Part shown: positions 55,153 through 64,000 of the stretch, one piece after another
Numbering within the stretch: the first letter of the stretch is position 1
How the letters are laid out: each line of letters begins with the position of its first letter
Virus record (IMG/VR): IMGVR_UViG_3300042539_001764
Coordinates: 4,094 to 68,093 of that record
Direction: 5' to 3' (one strand)
From: a virus
Length of the DNA: 64,000 nt
Notes under the pieces: model-generated
Told to the model about the DNA's origin: nothing
What the model saw: only the letters and a program-made list of their open reading frames with translations
Databases searched by the model: none
Program-made: the position numbers and the translations under genes

Positions 55153-55869
55153 ATGCAGATTTCACAAATCTTCCTTTCAGCTAATCCATCGGAAGAGCTA
55201 AGTCCATTTCTTAAGCATGCCACTGGCACCATTGATGCATGCTTTCCAGATGTGGAGCATGTGATTTACAACAACGAGACACTCCGTGCTTTCATTGTTG
55301 ATAATTATGAACAAGAAGTTGTATGGGCTTACGATTGTTTAACGCCATTTTCTTACAAAGCAGACCTTGGCCGTTTCTGTTTATTGAACAAGCTTGGCGG
55401 CTGGTATTTTGATATTGGTGTGAGGGCTTTTAATGCAGTGGACCTCGGCGAACGTATTGAATTTTTGGCCTTTCGTGATATTCAGCGCTTTAGCTATACA
55501 AGCTGGGCCTGCGCTACAACTGTGCTCTATTCCAAGCCTGACAACAAAGCTTTACAGGGCGCCATTGGAATGATTGTCGAAAATTGCAAAACGCAATACT
55601 ATGGCATCACTCCATTGTGCCCTACTGGTCCAACATTACTTGGCAAGGCGCTTGCAGCAAATGGAAGTCAGGTTAATTTTATTTACGGAGACTATCTTGA
55701 ACTGACGCCTACGCACGGCCAGAAGAATAGGGCATTCGTGCTGCCTGACGGTACGATTATGGCTTGGAGTAAGCCCGCTGGTGGCGGCGATCTTACTGGA
55801 TTGGGCGCGAAAGGCGTTAATAATTACAACGAGCTTTGGGCCGCGAGGAAAGTGTATGCAACCGTCTGA
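55153..55869 (+). CDS. Glycosyltransferase, GT32/Och1-like
   Basis: I.QIF, KADLGR.C.L...GGWY.D, TGP.LLG. Confidence 0.75.
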   Translation: MQISQIFLSANPSEELSPFLKHATGTIDACFPDVEHVIYNNETLRAFIVDNYEQEVVWAYDCLTPFSYKADLGRFCLLNKLGGWYFDIGVRAFNAVDLGERIEFLAFRDIQRFSYTSWACATTVLYSKPDNKALQGAIGMIVENCKTQYYGITPLCPTGPTLLGKALAANGSQVNFIYGDYLELTPTHGQKNRAFVLPDGTIMAWSKPAGGGDLTGLGAKGVNNYNELWAARKVYATV

Positions 55870-56572
55870 TTGCACAATTTATGCCGTATGCATTCCTGGC
55901 GAAAAGGTGCGCTACCAAGCCCGTTCTCGCATTGTCCCCATTATGGGAGGAGCTTATGCCTTGTCCAATGATGAGCGTGAAACGCTTCGCTCTGAGGGTT
56001 ATGTATTTGATGATGAGAATGCTTCTCTTTCCACTCGCAATAGTCGATGGGGAGAATTGTCTTGCATCTCTTGGATGATTCTCAACGCCAATGAAAAAAA
56101 TATTGGTAATGCGCAATATCGCCGGAATTGGATTGAGCCCGAAAATCAATGGTACGACGAGGATACGTTGTATTTTCCAGAGCCCGCATTGTTTAACTGC
56201 ACATTAGAACAACAGTTCTATGGTGGACATTCAGCATTTGATGCGCCTGCTATCACAAGAGAATTAGCTGATTCAGGAAGTTGGATTTTCTCTCGTGAAG
56301 AAATTGATGCCATCTGGAAGCAGAATAGCTTTATTGGCTGCAATATGGCGCGAGGAAGTAATGTTCAGTATAAACAATTCATGAGTGCATTGTTTGTCGC
56401 GCTTGCCCCTATTTGGCATAAGCACGAAGAGCATTTTCTTCGCATTGGAGGTTATGACAAGCGAGCTTTAGCTTTTATCGCAGAGCGCCTCATCACTGGA
56501 ATGGTTTTGTATCGAGACAAACTTTTTCCTGGCATGAATATAGCTACGGCGCCGATAGGATTTATTCATTGA
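55856..56572 (+). CDS. DUF4422-like glycosyltransferase (furanosyltransferase-type)
   Basis: DD...S.RN..WGEL....W...IG..QYRR; CNM; R..AF.AERL. Confidence 0.7.
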   Translation: MQPSDCTIYAVCIPGEKVRYQARSRIVPIMGGAYALSNDERETLRSEGYVFDDENASLSTRNSRWGELSCISWMILNANEKNIGNAQYRRNWIEPENQWYDEDTLYFPEPALFNCTLEQQFYGGHSAFDAPAITRELADSGSWIFSREEIDAIWKQNSFIGCNMARGSNVQYKQFMSALFVALAPIWHKHEEHFLRIGGYDKRALAFIAERLITGMVLYRDKLFPGMNIATAPIGFIH

Positions 56573-56598
56573 GTATGCTTAAGAAAAGCATTTGAATC

Positions 56599-56868
56599 AT
56601 GACTAAAAAACAAAAGCAGGCAAAAATTGCCAAGGTGATGCGTGAATTCAAGGCCGGCACGCTTAAGGGGAGCGATAAAAAGCCTGTTACAAATCGCAAG
56701 CAGGCTATTGCGATTGCTCTTTCTGAGGCAGGTATGTCAATGAAGGGCAAGAGTGATGCCTATATCGATGCTTATATTGACACGATGATGTGCATGGAAG
56801 TAGAAGAGCCGGAAGAAGAAGCAGAGATGGAAGGTGAGATGGATGCAAGCTGTGAAAAAAAGCGTTAA
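56599..56868 (+). CDS. Small head-region protein
   Basis: KIAKVMREFKAG.L.......V.NRKQAIAIALSEA with acidic tail. Confidence 0.75.
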   Translation: MTKKQKQAKIAKVMREFKAGTLKGSDKKPVTNRKQAIAIALSEAGMSMKGKSDAYIDAYIDTMMCMEVEEPEEEAEMEGEMDASCEKKR

Positions 56869-57212
56869 GGGGCGACGCTGAAAGCTTTGCCCCTCCCGCT
56901 GCTGTTAGAAGCGCTGCGCGACGCGGTCTGGAACTGCGCAAGAAGCATGGAAAAGGTGGTTTAACGACACAGGAGGCAGGCAAGCAAGGTATTGGCAGCG
57001 GTGTTGCTAGAGCTAGTGATCTGGCCGGTGGCGGAGCGGTAAGCTTCGCCACGATCAAACGAATGTCTGCGTTCTTCTCTCGCCATGAAAAAAACAAAAG
57101 TGGTGGAGAAAACGATGCTGGTTATATTGCATGGCTTTTATGGGGAGGCGATGCTGGTAGAGCGTGGGCAAATCGTATTATTAAGATGGTGGAAAGTCGC
57201 CAAAAAGATTAA
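56856..57212 (+). CDS. Start-less 116-aa extension reached by a predicted -1 frameshift
   Basis: A_AAA_AAG followed by a hairpin; ARRGLE...RM.AFF.RH...IAW.LWGGDAG..WA domain; stop overlaps the next ATG. Confidence 0.8.
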   Translation, partial: KKALRGDAESFAPPAAVRSAARRGLELRKKHGKGGLTTQEAGKQGIGSGVARASDLAGGGAVSFATIKRMSAFFSRHEKNKSGGENDAGYIAWLLWGGDAGRAWANRIIKMVESRQKD

Positions 57213-57526
57213 TGAGCGAATATGTGCGCGTCATCGAGCAAGAAGACGAAGGCATTGGTCTTTTGCAGGCGCTGTCTATTCTTTCCTCTAATGAACATCG
57301 CAATACTTCGCGATGGGAATTAGTGGAAAAACAATGTTTTAAAAATGGGCGTCTTGACGAAACGCACATCTATGTGATGAGCGTTTACGAAAAACCTGAC
57401 CCTCATTTTGAGCCAACTAAATTTCTCACGTTTGAAATTGAGGCAATGGCAAAGTCATACATCATGGAAGGCATTGAGGATCAACTTCGCGATATTCGTG
57501 AAGAAGATAATGATGATGAGGATTGA
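57212..57526 (+). CDS. Hypothetical protein
   Basis: 104 aa with acidic tail. Confidence 0.6.
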   Translation: MSEYVRVIEQEDEGIGLLQALSILSSNEHRNTSRWELVEKQCFKNGRLDETHIYVMSVYEKPDPHFEPTKFLTFEIEAMAKSYIMEGIEDQLRDIREEDNDDED

Positions 57527-57811
57527 TTATTCTCGCTTTGCATTGACCACGAACGAAGGATAGCCCATTAGCCATAGCACGCTAATTCCATAGAGGCCAC
57601 TGAGAGTTCTCACCTGCACGCAATCCGGCGGTAGCACCGCTCGTTCAATGCGCGAGTAAGAGCTTTGACTAATATGTAAAGCATCTGCCACATCTTTCTG
57701 AGAGAGCCCGCTATTAAGGCGGGCTTCTTTAATGCGAGAAGCGATGAGAAGGCGAGCCTGCTGATGAGGCATTTTAAGGACATCAGCGGTACTCTTCTTA
57801 AGAAACATCAC
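57527..57811 (-). CDS. XRE-family HTH regulator
   Basis: RIKEAR...GLSQ..VA..L.ISQSSYSRIE...L..LY.IS..WL. Confidence 0.85.
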   Translation of the reverse strand: MMFLKKSTADVLKMPHQQARLLIASRIKEARLNSGLSQKDVADALHISQSSYSRIERAVLPPDCVQVRTLSGLYGISVLWLMGYPSFVVNAKRE

Positions 57812-57874
57812 GAGGCTAGTCTGTTCTGAATAGTTGTTTTTATGATAAACTATAATTATTAGTAAAGTAAGTAT

Positions 57875-59068
57875 ATGAGCACCACATCTTGTCGCTACGA
57901 TTTCTCTCCTATTGAGAAATATGAGGTGACGCCTGAAGGTTATCTTCGGGCATGGGCCTCTATTGCTCGCACTGGCATTCAGCTCTATACAGATGCTGAT
58001 GGTTCAGTGCGGCGTGAATATAGGCCTGAAACAGAAGTGGCGTCTCCCGATAGTCTTGCTTCCTTTGCGGGCAAGGCAATCACTTCGGAGCACCCTCCTG
58101 TTCTTCTTGATGCCGCAAATACTAAAGACTACCAAGTAGGCTTTAGCGGCACTGAAGTGGTGTACGACAATGGTTTTGTCAAGGCCGTGATGACAATCAC
58201 GGACGAAGATACCATTGAACGTATCATGCGAGGTGATGCTCGTGAGGTAAGCGCTGGCTATAGGGTCAACTACGATCCAACGCCTGGCGTTACTGATAGC
58301 GGTGAGCATTACGATGGCATCCAAAAGGAAATCATCGGAAATCACATCGCCGTTGTTCGTCGGGGCCGCGCTGGCCCGCAAGTGAAGCTTCATCTTGATC
58401 GTCAAGATGCTGCTGATCCATCCTTAATTTCCATCGAGGAAAATACAACTATGAGCGCGAAAGTCGTTTTCGACGGCGCCGAGTTTGAAGTGACGGAGAG
58501 CGTTGCTCTTGCGATCACTAAAGAACGCGAAGACGCCAAGATGTCCTACGAGGACATGAAGAAGAAGTACGACGAGCTGCAAGCCGCCGCCGATTCCATG
58601 AAGTCCGAAATGGACGCTATGGAAAAGGAAATGAAAGGCAAAATGGACGCTGCCGAAGGTCGCGCCGATGCCCTGGCTGAGCAGGTCGAAGAACTGAATA
58701 CTGAACTGGCTGCTGCCAAGGAAATCAATCTTGATTCCATGGTGGAAGAGCGTGTTGCTCTTGTCGAGAAGGCTAAGCCTGTGCTCGATGCCGCCTACGA
58801 CTTCGCTGGCAAAACTGCTCGCGAAGTGATGGTTGATTCCATCAAGGCAGTGCGTGGTGATGAGCTCGATCTTTCTGAGAAGAGCGATGACTACGTGCAG
58901 GCAATGTTTGATACTCTCTCTGAGGGTCGCAAAGATTCCGCCACCACTGATGAGCTGCGCAAAGTCGTAGCTTCCATTGCTTCTCCCATGTCTGCACCTT
59001 CGTCCTACATGGACATGCTGCAGAATGCCTGGAAGAAGCCCCTTTCCATCTCCAAGGAGGCTAAGTAA
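57875..59068 (+). CDS. Prohead protease/scaffold (DUF2213)
   Basis: TPEGYL...IARTGIQ.Y, T.EHP, EVSAGY, NHIAVV..GRAG, then a coiled-coil scaffold. Confidence 0.88.
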   Translation: MSTTSCRYDFSPIEKYEVTPEGYLRAWASIARTGIQLYTDADGSVRREYRPETEVASPDSLASFAGKAITSEHPPVLLDAANTKDYQVGFSGTEVVYDNGFVKAVMTITDEDTIERIMRGDAREVSAGYRVNYDPTPGVTDSGEHYDGIQKEIIGNHIAVVRRGRAGPQVKLHLDRQDAADPSLISIEENTTMSAKVVFDGAEFEVTESVALAITKEREDAKMSYEDMKKKYDELQAAADSMKSEMDAMEKEMKGKMDAAEGRADALAEQVEELNTELAAAKEINLDSMVEERVALVEKAKPVLDAAYDFAGKTAREVMVDSIKAVRGDELDLSEKSDDYVQAMFDTLSEGRKDSATTDELRKVVASIASPMSAPSSYMDMLQNAWKKPLSISKEAK

Positions 59069-59070
59069 TT

Positions 59071-59631
59071 ATGGCCGTAACTTTCTCTGCTTCGGGCACT
59101 GCCTCCGCTGGTGGCGTGCAACAGAGCTACGCTCTGGAGCAAACCGCACTGCTGGAAGGTCAACTGTCTGACATTCGCGACAACACCATTGGCACCTATG
59201 TCAATGAGAGTGGTGCTGTTGTTGCTTTCGGTAATCTGGCTGTGTACAACACTGCTGGTACTGTCGCTAACTCTGCTACCACCATTTCTGGTGCTTCTGA
59301 TACCGTGCTGGGCGTTAACGTCCTCACTTATGTTGATGAAACGGCTCGCGATACAAACAATCGTCCTGGCGTGAAGAATCAGCAAGCCATGAACGTGGCT
59401 AACGAAGGTGCAGTTGCTGTTTATGTGACTGGCGCTGTGACTCCCGCATCGCCCGTGCGTGTGCTGTATTCCGCTAGCGGCACTGGCAAGGCCGGTCAGT
59501 TCTCCCATGCTTTTGCATCGGGCAAAACTGTTCGCCTGGCTAACGCTCGTTTCCTTACCTCCACCACTGGCAGCGGCATTGCTGTGCTGGAGCTGAACGG
59601 TCCGAGCTTCACCCTCTCTGCTGATTCTTGA
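59071..59631 (+). CDS. Capsid decoration/cement protein
   Basis: 186 aa, beta-rich, between the protease and capsid genes. Confidence 0.7.
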   Translation: MAVTFSASGTASAGGVQQSYALEQTALLEGQLSDIRDNTIGTYVNESGAVVAFGNLAVYNTAGTVANSATTISGASDTVLGVNVLTYVDETARDTNNRPGVKNQQAMNVANEGAVAVYVTGAVTPASPVRVLYSASGTGKAGQFSHAFASGKTVRLANARFLTSTTGSGIAVLELNGPSFTLSADS

Positions 59632-59647
59632 TAGGAGGCTCTTAAAA

Positions 59648-60556
59648 ATGTCTGAATTCCGTATGGATGACGCGGGCCTGTTTCTTGAGCGTCAGCTTGA
59701 GTACATCCGCCCCCAAGTGTTTGAAGTGCAGTATGCGGATATCAAATATCCGACTGTTCTGCCTGTAACTGCTGAAGCTGGTCCTGGCGCCCAGACCTTC
59801 ACCTATCGCATCATGGACTCCACTGGCGAGTTCCGTCTGATTGCTGATGCTGCTGATGATCTGCCCCGCGCTGATATCAGCCAAACCGAGAAGAGCATCA
59901 ACATCCGCTCTTTCGGTGGTTCCTTTGGTTACACCGTTCAGGAACTGCGTGCCGCTCAAATGGCAAATATCGCTCTGGAGCAGCGTCGTGCTGCTGCTGT
60001 GCGTCGTGCCTATGAGGAGAAAGTGGAAGAGGTGGCTTTCTTTGGTGAAAGCGCCGTGGGTCTGTCTGGTTTCTTCAACAACTCCACCGTGGATGTTGTT
60101 GCTGCTGACAAGTGGTTCACGACTGCCGGCACCACTGCTCAGGAAATGCTGGAACTGCTGAACTATGGCGTGACTGCCATCATCAATGGTTCCAAGATGA
60201 AGGAGCAGCCGGACACCATTCTGCTGTCCTACGCAGATTACAACAAGATCAGCACCACTCGCAATTCCGACTCTTCGGACGTGACCGTGCTGGAGTACTT
60301 CCTGCGTACCAATCCTTACATCCGCAACGTTGAGCCCATCAACCAACTTGAGGCTGATAACAGCGTGCTGAACACCGACCGTATGGTGGTGTACAAGCGT
60401 GATCCTGAGAAGGTGCAACTGCACATTCCTCAGCCCCTTGAGCTGTTCCCCCCTCAGCAGCGTGGTCTGGAATTTATCGTTCCCGCTCACGCTCGCGTTG
60501 GTGGCGTTGCTCTGTACTATCCCAAGAGCGTGATCTACGTTCAAGCTTCTAGCTGA
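59648..60556 (+). CDS. Major capsid protein (DUF2184 type, HK97 fold)
   Basis: FL..QLE.I, YT.QEL.AA, AFFG, PDT, GGV..YYP; strong codon bias. Confidence 0.9.
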   Translation: MSEFRMDDAGLFLERQLEYIRPQVFEVQYADIKYPTVLPVTAEAGPGAQTFTYRIMDSTGEFRLIADAADDLPRADISQTEKSINIRSFGGSFGYTVQELRAAQMANIALEQRRAAAVRRAYEEKVEEVAFFGESAVGLSGFFNNSTVDVVAADKWFTTAGTTAQEMLELLNYGVTAIINGSKMKEQPDTILLSYADYNKISTTRNSDSSDVTVLEYFLRTNPYIRNVEPINQLEADNSVLNTDRMVVYKRDPEKVQLHIPQPLELFPPQQRGLEFIVPAHARVGGVALYYPKSVIYVQASS

Positions 60557-60612
60557 GGATAGTTAATTAAGAAGAGGGGCGTTAAGCTATTAGCAATTGT
60601 TTTTCTTGAACA

Positions 60613-60999
60613 ATGCTGATTGCTTATCGCCCCGAACTTGAGAATCCCCCTCGTGATGCAGGGTTTGGCATTATTACCAAGAGCGGGCTTATTCAACTTG
60701 CTCCTGGTCTTAATCAGGAAATTCCTGATGAGAAATGGAAGGAAGCTAAAGAAAACGGCACCGTCAAAAAGCTTCTTGCTATTGGCGCCATTGAAGAAAT
60801 GAAAGAGCAGGTGATGGTAGAAGATCTACCAGAAAATGTTCAAAGCCTTAGCGAACTTCCCCTTACACAAGCAATTCGCGCCATTGAACTCATCCATGAT
60901 CCAGATCGTCTGGCAGATTGGAAGAAAATTGAAGGCCGTATTCGCGTGAGGAATGCCATCGCGAAGCGTATTGAAGCCATTCGTATTGGGAAGGCCTGA
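60613..60999 (+). CDS. Hypothetical head-associated protein
   Basis: L.PG.N, E.R..VR.AI.KR; directly after the capsid gene. Confidence 0.6.
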   Translation: MLIAYRPELENPPRDAGFGIITKSGLIQLAPGLNQEIPDEKWKEAKENGTVKKLLAIGAIEEMKEQVMVEDLPENVQSLSELPLTQAIRAIELIHDPDRLADWKKIEGRIRVRNAIAKRIEAIRIGKA

Positions 61000-61001
61000 T
61001 T

Positions 61002-61313
61002 ATGGCAGTCACTTACGCAAGCTTTCTTGAACGCTTCCCTGAATTCAGTCCACATCCTTCTGGCATCGTGAATGGTGCTATTGCAGAAGCTACTTACGAT
61101 GCTTCTAGTGATGTGTTTGGGGCTCAAACTGATAGGGCGGTAAAATTTCTTGCTGCTCATATCATTGCCATTCAACTAGCTCAGATGGGCATTCAAATTG
61201 GTGCCACTGATGGCAAGGTGTATGGCGAGGGGCTTGATGCCACTCAATACGGTCAGGAGTTCAAACGAATGACCAACAATCTTCCTCTTTCTTCTGTTGG
61301 GTTTGTCGTGTGA
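61002..61313 (+). CDS. Head-tail adaptor (DUF4054-like)
   Basis: F..RFPEF, LAAH, T.YGQEF. Confidence 0.8.
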   Translation: MAVTYASFLERFPEFSPHPSGIVNGAIAEATYDASSDVFGAQTDRAVKFLAAHIIAIQLAQMGIQIGATDGKVYGEGLDATQYGQEFKRMTNNLPLSSVGFVV

Positions 61314-61699
61314 GCAACTATCTGGAGCCACTTGCAAATGCCACTTTGGTATTTAGTGTGGCATCTGGATATGCGCTTGATGCAGAAACTGGCAATTATG
61401 TGCCAGTTGCCACTGGAGTGACGTTTTACGCCACTTTAAAACAAAAGAATAATCCTCGTTACGATCAACTTCTCGGGGCTGACATGACTGCCGTCTATAT
61501 GGAAGGCAGGATGACCAGCCCCCTTACTTTGTCTGGCGTAACTGTAGGAGATTCTGCTCAAGCTACGATCAATGGAAGGGAAGGAAGATTTGAACTGTTG
61601 CCGAACGAACAAATTGCTATTCATTATTGGCAGTTTTTGGGCACTCCAGTCAGGGGTATTTTTAGACTGATTGGCAAAGGAAGCGTGGACAACGCTTAA
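61310..61699 (+). CDS. Head closure protein (candidate)
   Basis: Position and size. Confidence 0.55.
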   Translation: MSNYLEPLANATLVFSVASGYALDAETGNYVPVATGVTFYATLKQKNNPRYDQLLGADMTAVYMEGRMTSPLTLSGVTVGDSAQATINGREGRFELLPNEQIAIHYWQFLGTPVRGIFRLIGKGSVDNA

Positions 61700-61728
61700 C
61701 TCTCTTCTTTCCCATTGAGGATTTTCTC

Positions 61729-62307
61729 ATGCTCTACCATCCCACTGAGCTAGTGAAGAGCCAGGACGTGATTGTCCGCGTGGGCTCTATTGGCGGCACT
61801 TCTCGTCCTGTCATCACTCAATCTGGCGCTACTTTTACTGTTAGCGGCGCTCCTACTCTCTACACTCTGCAAGCAGCTACCACTGCTTCTGTTGCCTTCA
61901 ACGATGGCAACCAGGAATTTTATCTGCTGGGTGGCGGCGGTTTCGCTGATAGCGTGATCACCACCAGCCAGGCTACTGCCTCCATCACCTCCTACTTCCA
62001 GAAGGATGTTGATGGCACCGTCTTCCTGCCAAACAGTTTTGACGAGGCTTTCCAAGTGGTTAGCGCTAGCCGCTACGACAAGAACCACGAAGTGTACGTG
62101 GAAATTAACAAGCAACTTGGCGCTTCTGGTAACACTTATTACTATGACCGCGTGGCATTTGTTGCTTGCGTTATGAACTACAACGAGAGCTATCCCGCAG
62201 ATAATCTTGTGGAAGTAACGTTTGATCTGACCAGTCGTGGTCGCATCGGCGTCCACCAGAACGCTTCTGAGACTGGCAGCATCATTCCGACTGCTCCTAA
62301 CTCCTGA
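61729..62307 (+). CDS. Major tail tube protein
   Basis: 192 aa; high-expression codon bias; followed by a terminator. Confidence 0.75.
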   Translation: MLYHPTELVKSQDVIVRVGSIGGTSRPVITQSGATFTVSGAPTLYTLQAATTASVAFNDGNQEFYLLGGGGFADSVITTSQATASITSYFQKDVDGTVFLPNSFDEAFQVVSASRYDKNHEVYVEINKQLGASGNTYYYDRVAFVACVMNYNESYPADNLVEVTFDLTSRGRIGVHQNASETGSIIPTAPNS

Positions 62308-62329
62308 TTCTCTTATTGAATCTTCGCTA

Positions 62330-62356
62330 GCCTGTCCTTACGGGGCAGGCTTTTTT
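62330..62356 (+). terminator. Intrinsic terminator
   Basis: GCCTGTCC-TTACG-GGGCAGGC-TTTTTT. Confidence 0.75.
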
Positions 62357-62357
62357 A

Positions 62358-62768
62358 ATGAACATTTCACAACTGCGCGAAACAGTTACGGAACTGCTTT
62401 CTGCATCGCCTAATCTTATTGGCACATATACCTTGCCAAATAACTCTACGCTTCCTGCAGTGTACGTGGTGGGCAGGCAGAGCGTGCCAAAAGAATGGAA
62501 GGTAAAAGGCCTAGAAGTGACTATGCGAGAGTTCCCTGAACTCGCGCCCCGCTCTCCATTGGGAGGCACGGTAAAAGTTACGCAGGTATGGGAAGTGGTT
62601 TTAGTGCAATATACGCCAAATAGCAATTCTATTGCATTGGCAATGGACAGAATGATTAGGAGATTTCCAGATGCTACGCCACGATATTTTCCTGGCGATG
62701 ATATTGCATATGAGCGCTGCCGCTTTTTAATTCCTGATCTAATTCTTCGTAATTTAGTAGCACCATGA
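62358..62768 (+). CDS. Tail terminator/completion protein (candidate)
   Basis: Position; PAVYV motif. Confidence 0.5.
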   Translation: MNISQLRETVTELLSASPNLIGTYTLPNNSTLPAVYVVGRQSVPKEWKVKGLEVTMREFPELAPRSPLGGTVKVTQVWEVVLVQYTPNSNSIALAMDRMIRRFPDATPRYFPGDDIAYERCRFLIPDLILRNLVAP

Positions 62769-63217
62769 GCGGAGTTATTGTTGGCGGAACAATTATTAAC
62801 GCTAAAAAATTAGAGGACAAGCTCGTCAAAGCATTTGAGACGTGGGCACGTTTTGATGTGAATGATTATTTTCGCGATCAATTTTTAGAAGATAAATGGC
62901 CTTACGATGGAGAGACAGAGCGCAAGAACGGAGAAACGGTTACAAGTCCTCGTAATATTTTCGATCTAGGAGATTTATACAGAAGCGGAAGGGATAGTTT
63001 TTCCATCACTCAAGGCGGAGTAGACATTACCGCATCATGGGATTGGAACGCAAAAAATAGCAGTGGGCGTGGTTACGCTTGGTATGTCCATGAAGGATTA
63101 AGCACAAATCTCGCTCCACGTCAATGGACCGACGTTTTTCAGCAGAAAGATTTATTTGGCAGTAGCGCTATAAATCGTGATCTTAAGATGCGAATACGCA
63201 CTACGCTAGGCAAATGA
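62765..63217 (+). CDS. Tail completion protein (HK97 gp10-like)
   Basis: PRNI.D.G.L..S, YA.YVHEG, R.W. Confidence 0.6.
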   Translation: MSGVIVGGTIINAKKLEDKLVKAFETWARFDVNDYFRDQFLEDKWPYDGETERKNGETVTSPRNIFDLGDLYRSGRDSFSITQGGVDITASWDWNAKNSSGRGYAWYVHEGLSTNLAPRQWTDVFQQKDLFGSSAINRDLKMRIRTTLGK

Positions 63218-63477
63218 AAATTGATTATTTATGGAGTAATGACAATACAGTTCATGCCATTAATTGCCTTGTTGATGGCATGGCATTGGAAGTAGGGATA
63301 TTATGTCTTATTTCTTGCCGTGAACCCACCCTTAGAATAAGCAACGACAATCATTCAATGCTGATTGAAATTCCGCCCGAATTCCGCTCTTCTCACGAGC
63401 GAGTGAAGGTGTTCAACGCATTGTTAAACATTCTCGATCATGAGCAAATACAGCTTTCTGGTTCAGACCAAAACTGA
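63214..63477 (+). CDS. Hypothetical protein
   Basis: 87 aa; ATGA overlap. Confidence 0.5.
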   Translation: MKIDYLWSNDNTVHAINCLVDGMALEVGILCLISCREPTLRISNDNHSMLIEIPPEFRSSHERVKVFNALLNILDHEQIQLSGSDQN

Positions 63478-63973
63478 AGGTTACTTTGAGCTGTTGCCTG
63501 AAATTCGCATGAAGCGTTATGGTAGTTGGCTGGTGGCCGAATCCATCGAGCAAGAAGAAATTAGCAAGCTTCAGAGCCAGGCCACTATTCGTGCTGTACA
63601 ACTTGCTAAGCGTATTGCCACGTCTCGCAATATTTCAATCGACGAAGCCTTTTCATTACTTCAAAGTGGAGAAGTGATTTCGGAAGCTGATTTACTTTCA
63701 GAATTTACGGAAGAAACTTTAGCGATGATTACCAGCGGATCTTCAGTGGAAGCCACTAATGCTCGCATGGTTACTGCATTCATCCGCTCTCGTGGACAGG
63801 GCTTAGTTGATGACGAATGGCAAGATCTTTCTGATTGGGACATGGAAGACACTAAAACTCTTCCTCGTAAGATCATTGCAAAAGTGGTTGAATTTATTGC
63901 TGAAGAGCAAAGTGCGGAGACACAGGAGGCTATTGCAGCAAAAAAAGCAACGAAGAGGACTTCTCCTCAATAG
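63440..63973 (+). CDS. Tail assembly chaperone with predicted -1 frameshift extension
   Basis: Position after the tail tube gene; A_AAA_AAA at 63940-63946; -1 frame open to the window end. Confidence 0.7.
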   Translation: MSKYSFLVQTKTEGYFELLPEIRMKRYGSWLVAESIEQEEISKLQSQATIRAVQLAKRIATSRNISIDEAFSLLQSGEVISEADLLSEFTEETLAMITSGSSVEATNARMVTAFIRSRGQGLVDDEWQDLSDWDMEDTKTLPRKIIAKVVEFIAEEQSAETQEAIAAKKATKRTSPQ

Positions 63974-64000
63974 CAGAAAAGCTTGAAGGACAAGCTAGAA

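Noticed and set aside
50769-56572. DNA hypermodification pathway
   Set aside because: No hydroxymethylase, TET/JBP dioxygenase, deazaguanine or PurZ genes and no phage polymerase were seen; the cluster sits among head genes.
57085-57291. 68-aa ORF in the track
   Set aside because: Overlaps, in another frame, the protein-like frameshift extension.
59642-60544. 300-aa minus-strand ORF
   Set aside because: Antisense shadow of the codon-biased capsid gene.

Overview
This window is most of the genome of a tailed dsDNA siphovirus-type phage. A picocyanobacterial host (Synechococcus/Cyanobium-like) is inferred from the gene families, a glutamine-II riboswitch and cyanobacterial regulator boxes. 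Order: tail tip and fibre genes with an embedded tyrosine recombinase (1-14.5 kb); lysis, nucleotide metabolism and recombination genes (14.7-23.4 kb, mostly minus strand); primase-helicase; a long block of small early genes with repeated promoters (26-39.5 kb); a minimal RNR, tRNA and ncRNAs (41.8-45.6 kb); terminase; portal; a 7-gene glycosylation cluster; and head and tail-tube genes, ending in the tail chaperone. Best novel-system candidate: a family of 15-bp TAGT-N7-ACTA core-type sites. They split the receptor-binding tail-fibre gene into same-frame modules, sit next to the recombinase, and also delimit one-gene cassettes at about 30-31.5 kb, which suggests recombinase-driven cassette exchange. 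Other highlights: three predicted -1 frameshifts (two outside the tail chaperone), seven early promoters with an RpaB/HLR1-like repeat (six at fixed spacing), a dense array of host transcription-factor boxes, several structured ncRNA candidates, and a portal with a cargo-like C-terminal extension. All calls come from motif recognition by eye; no database searches were run.
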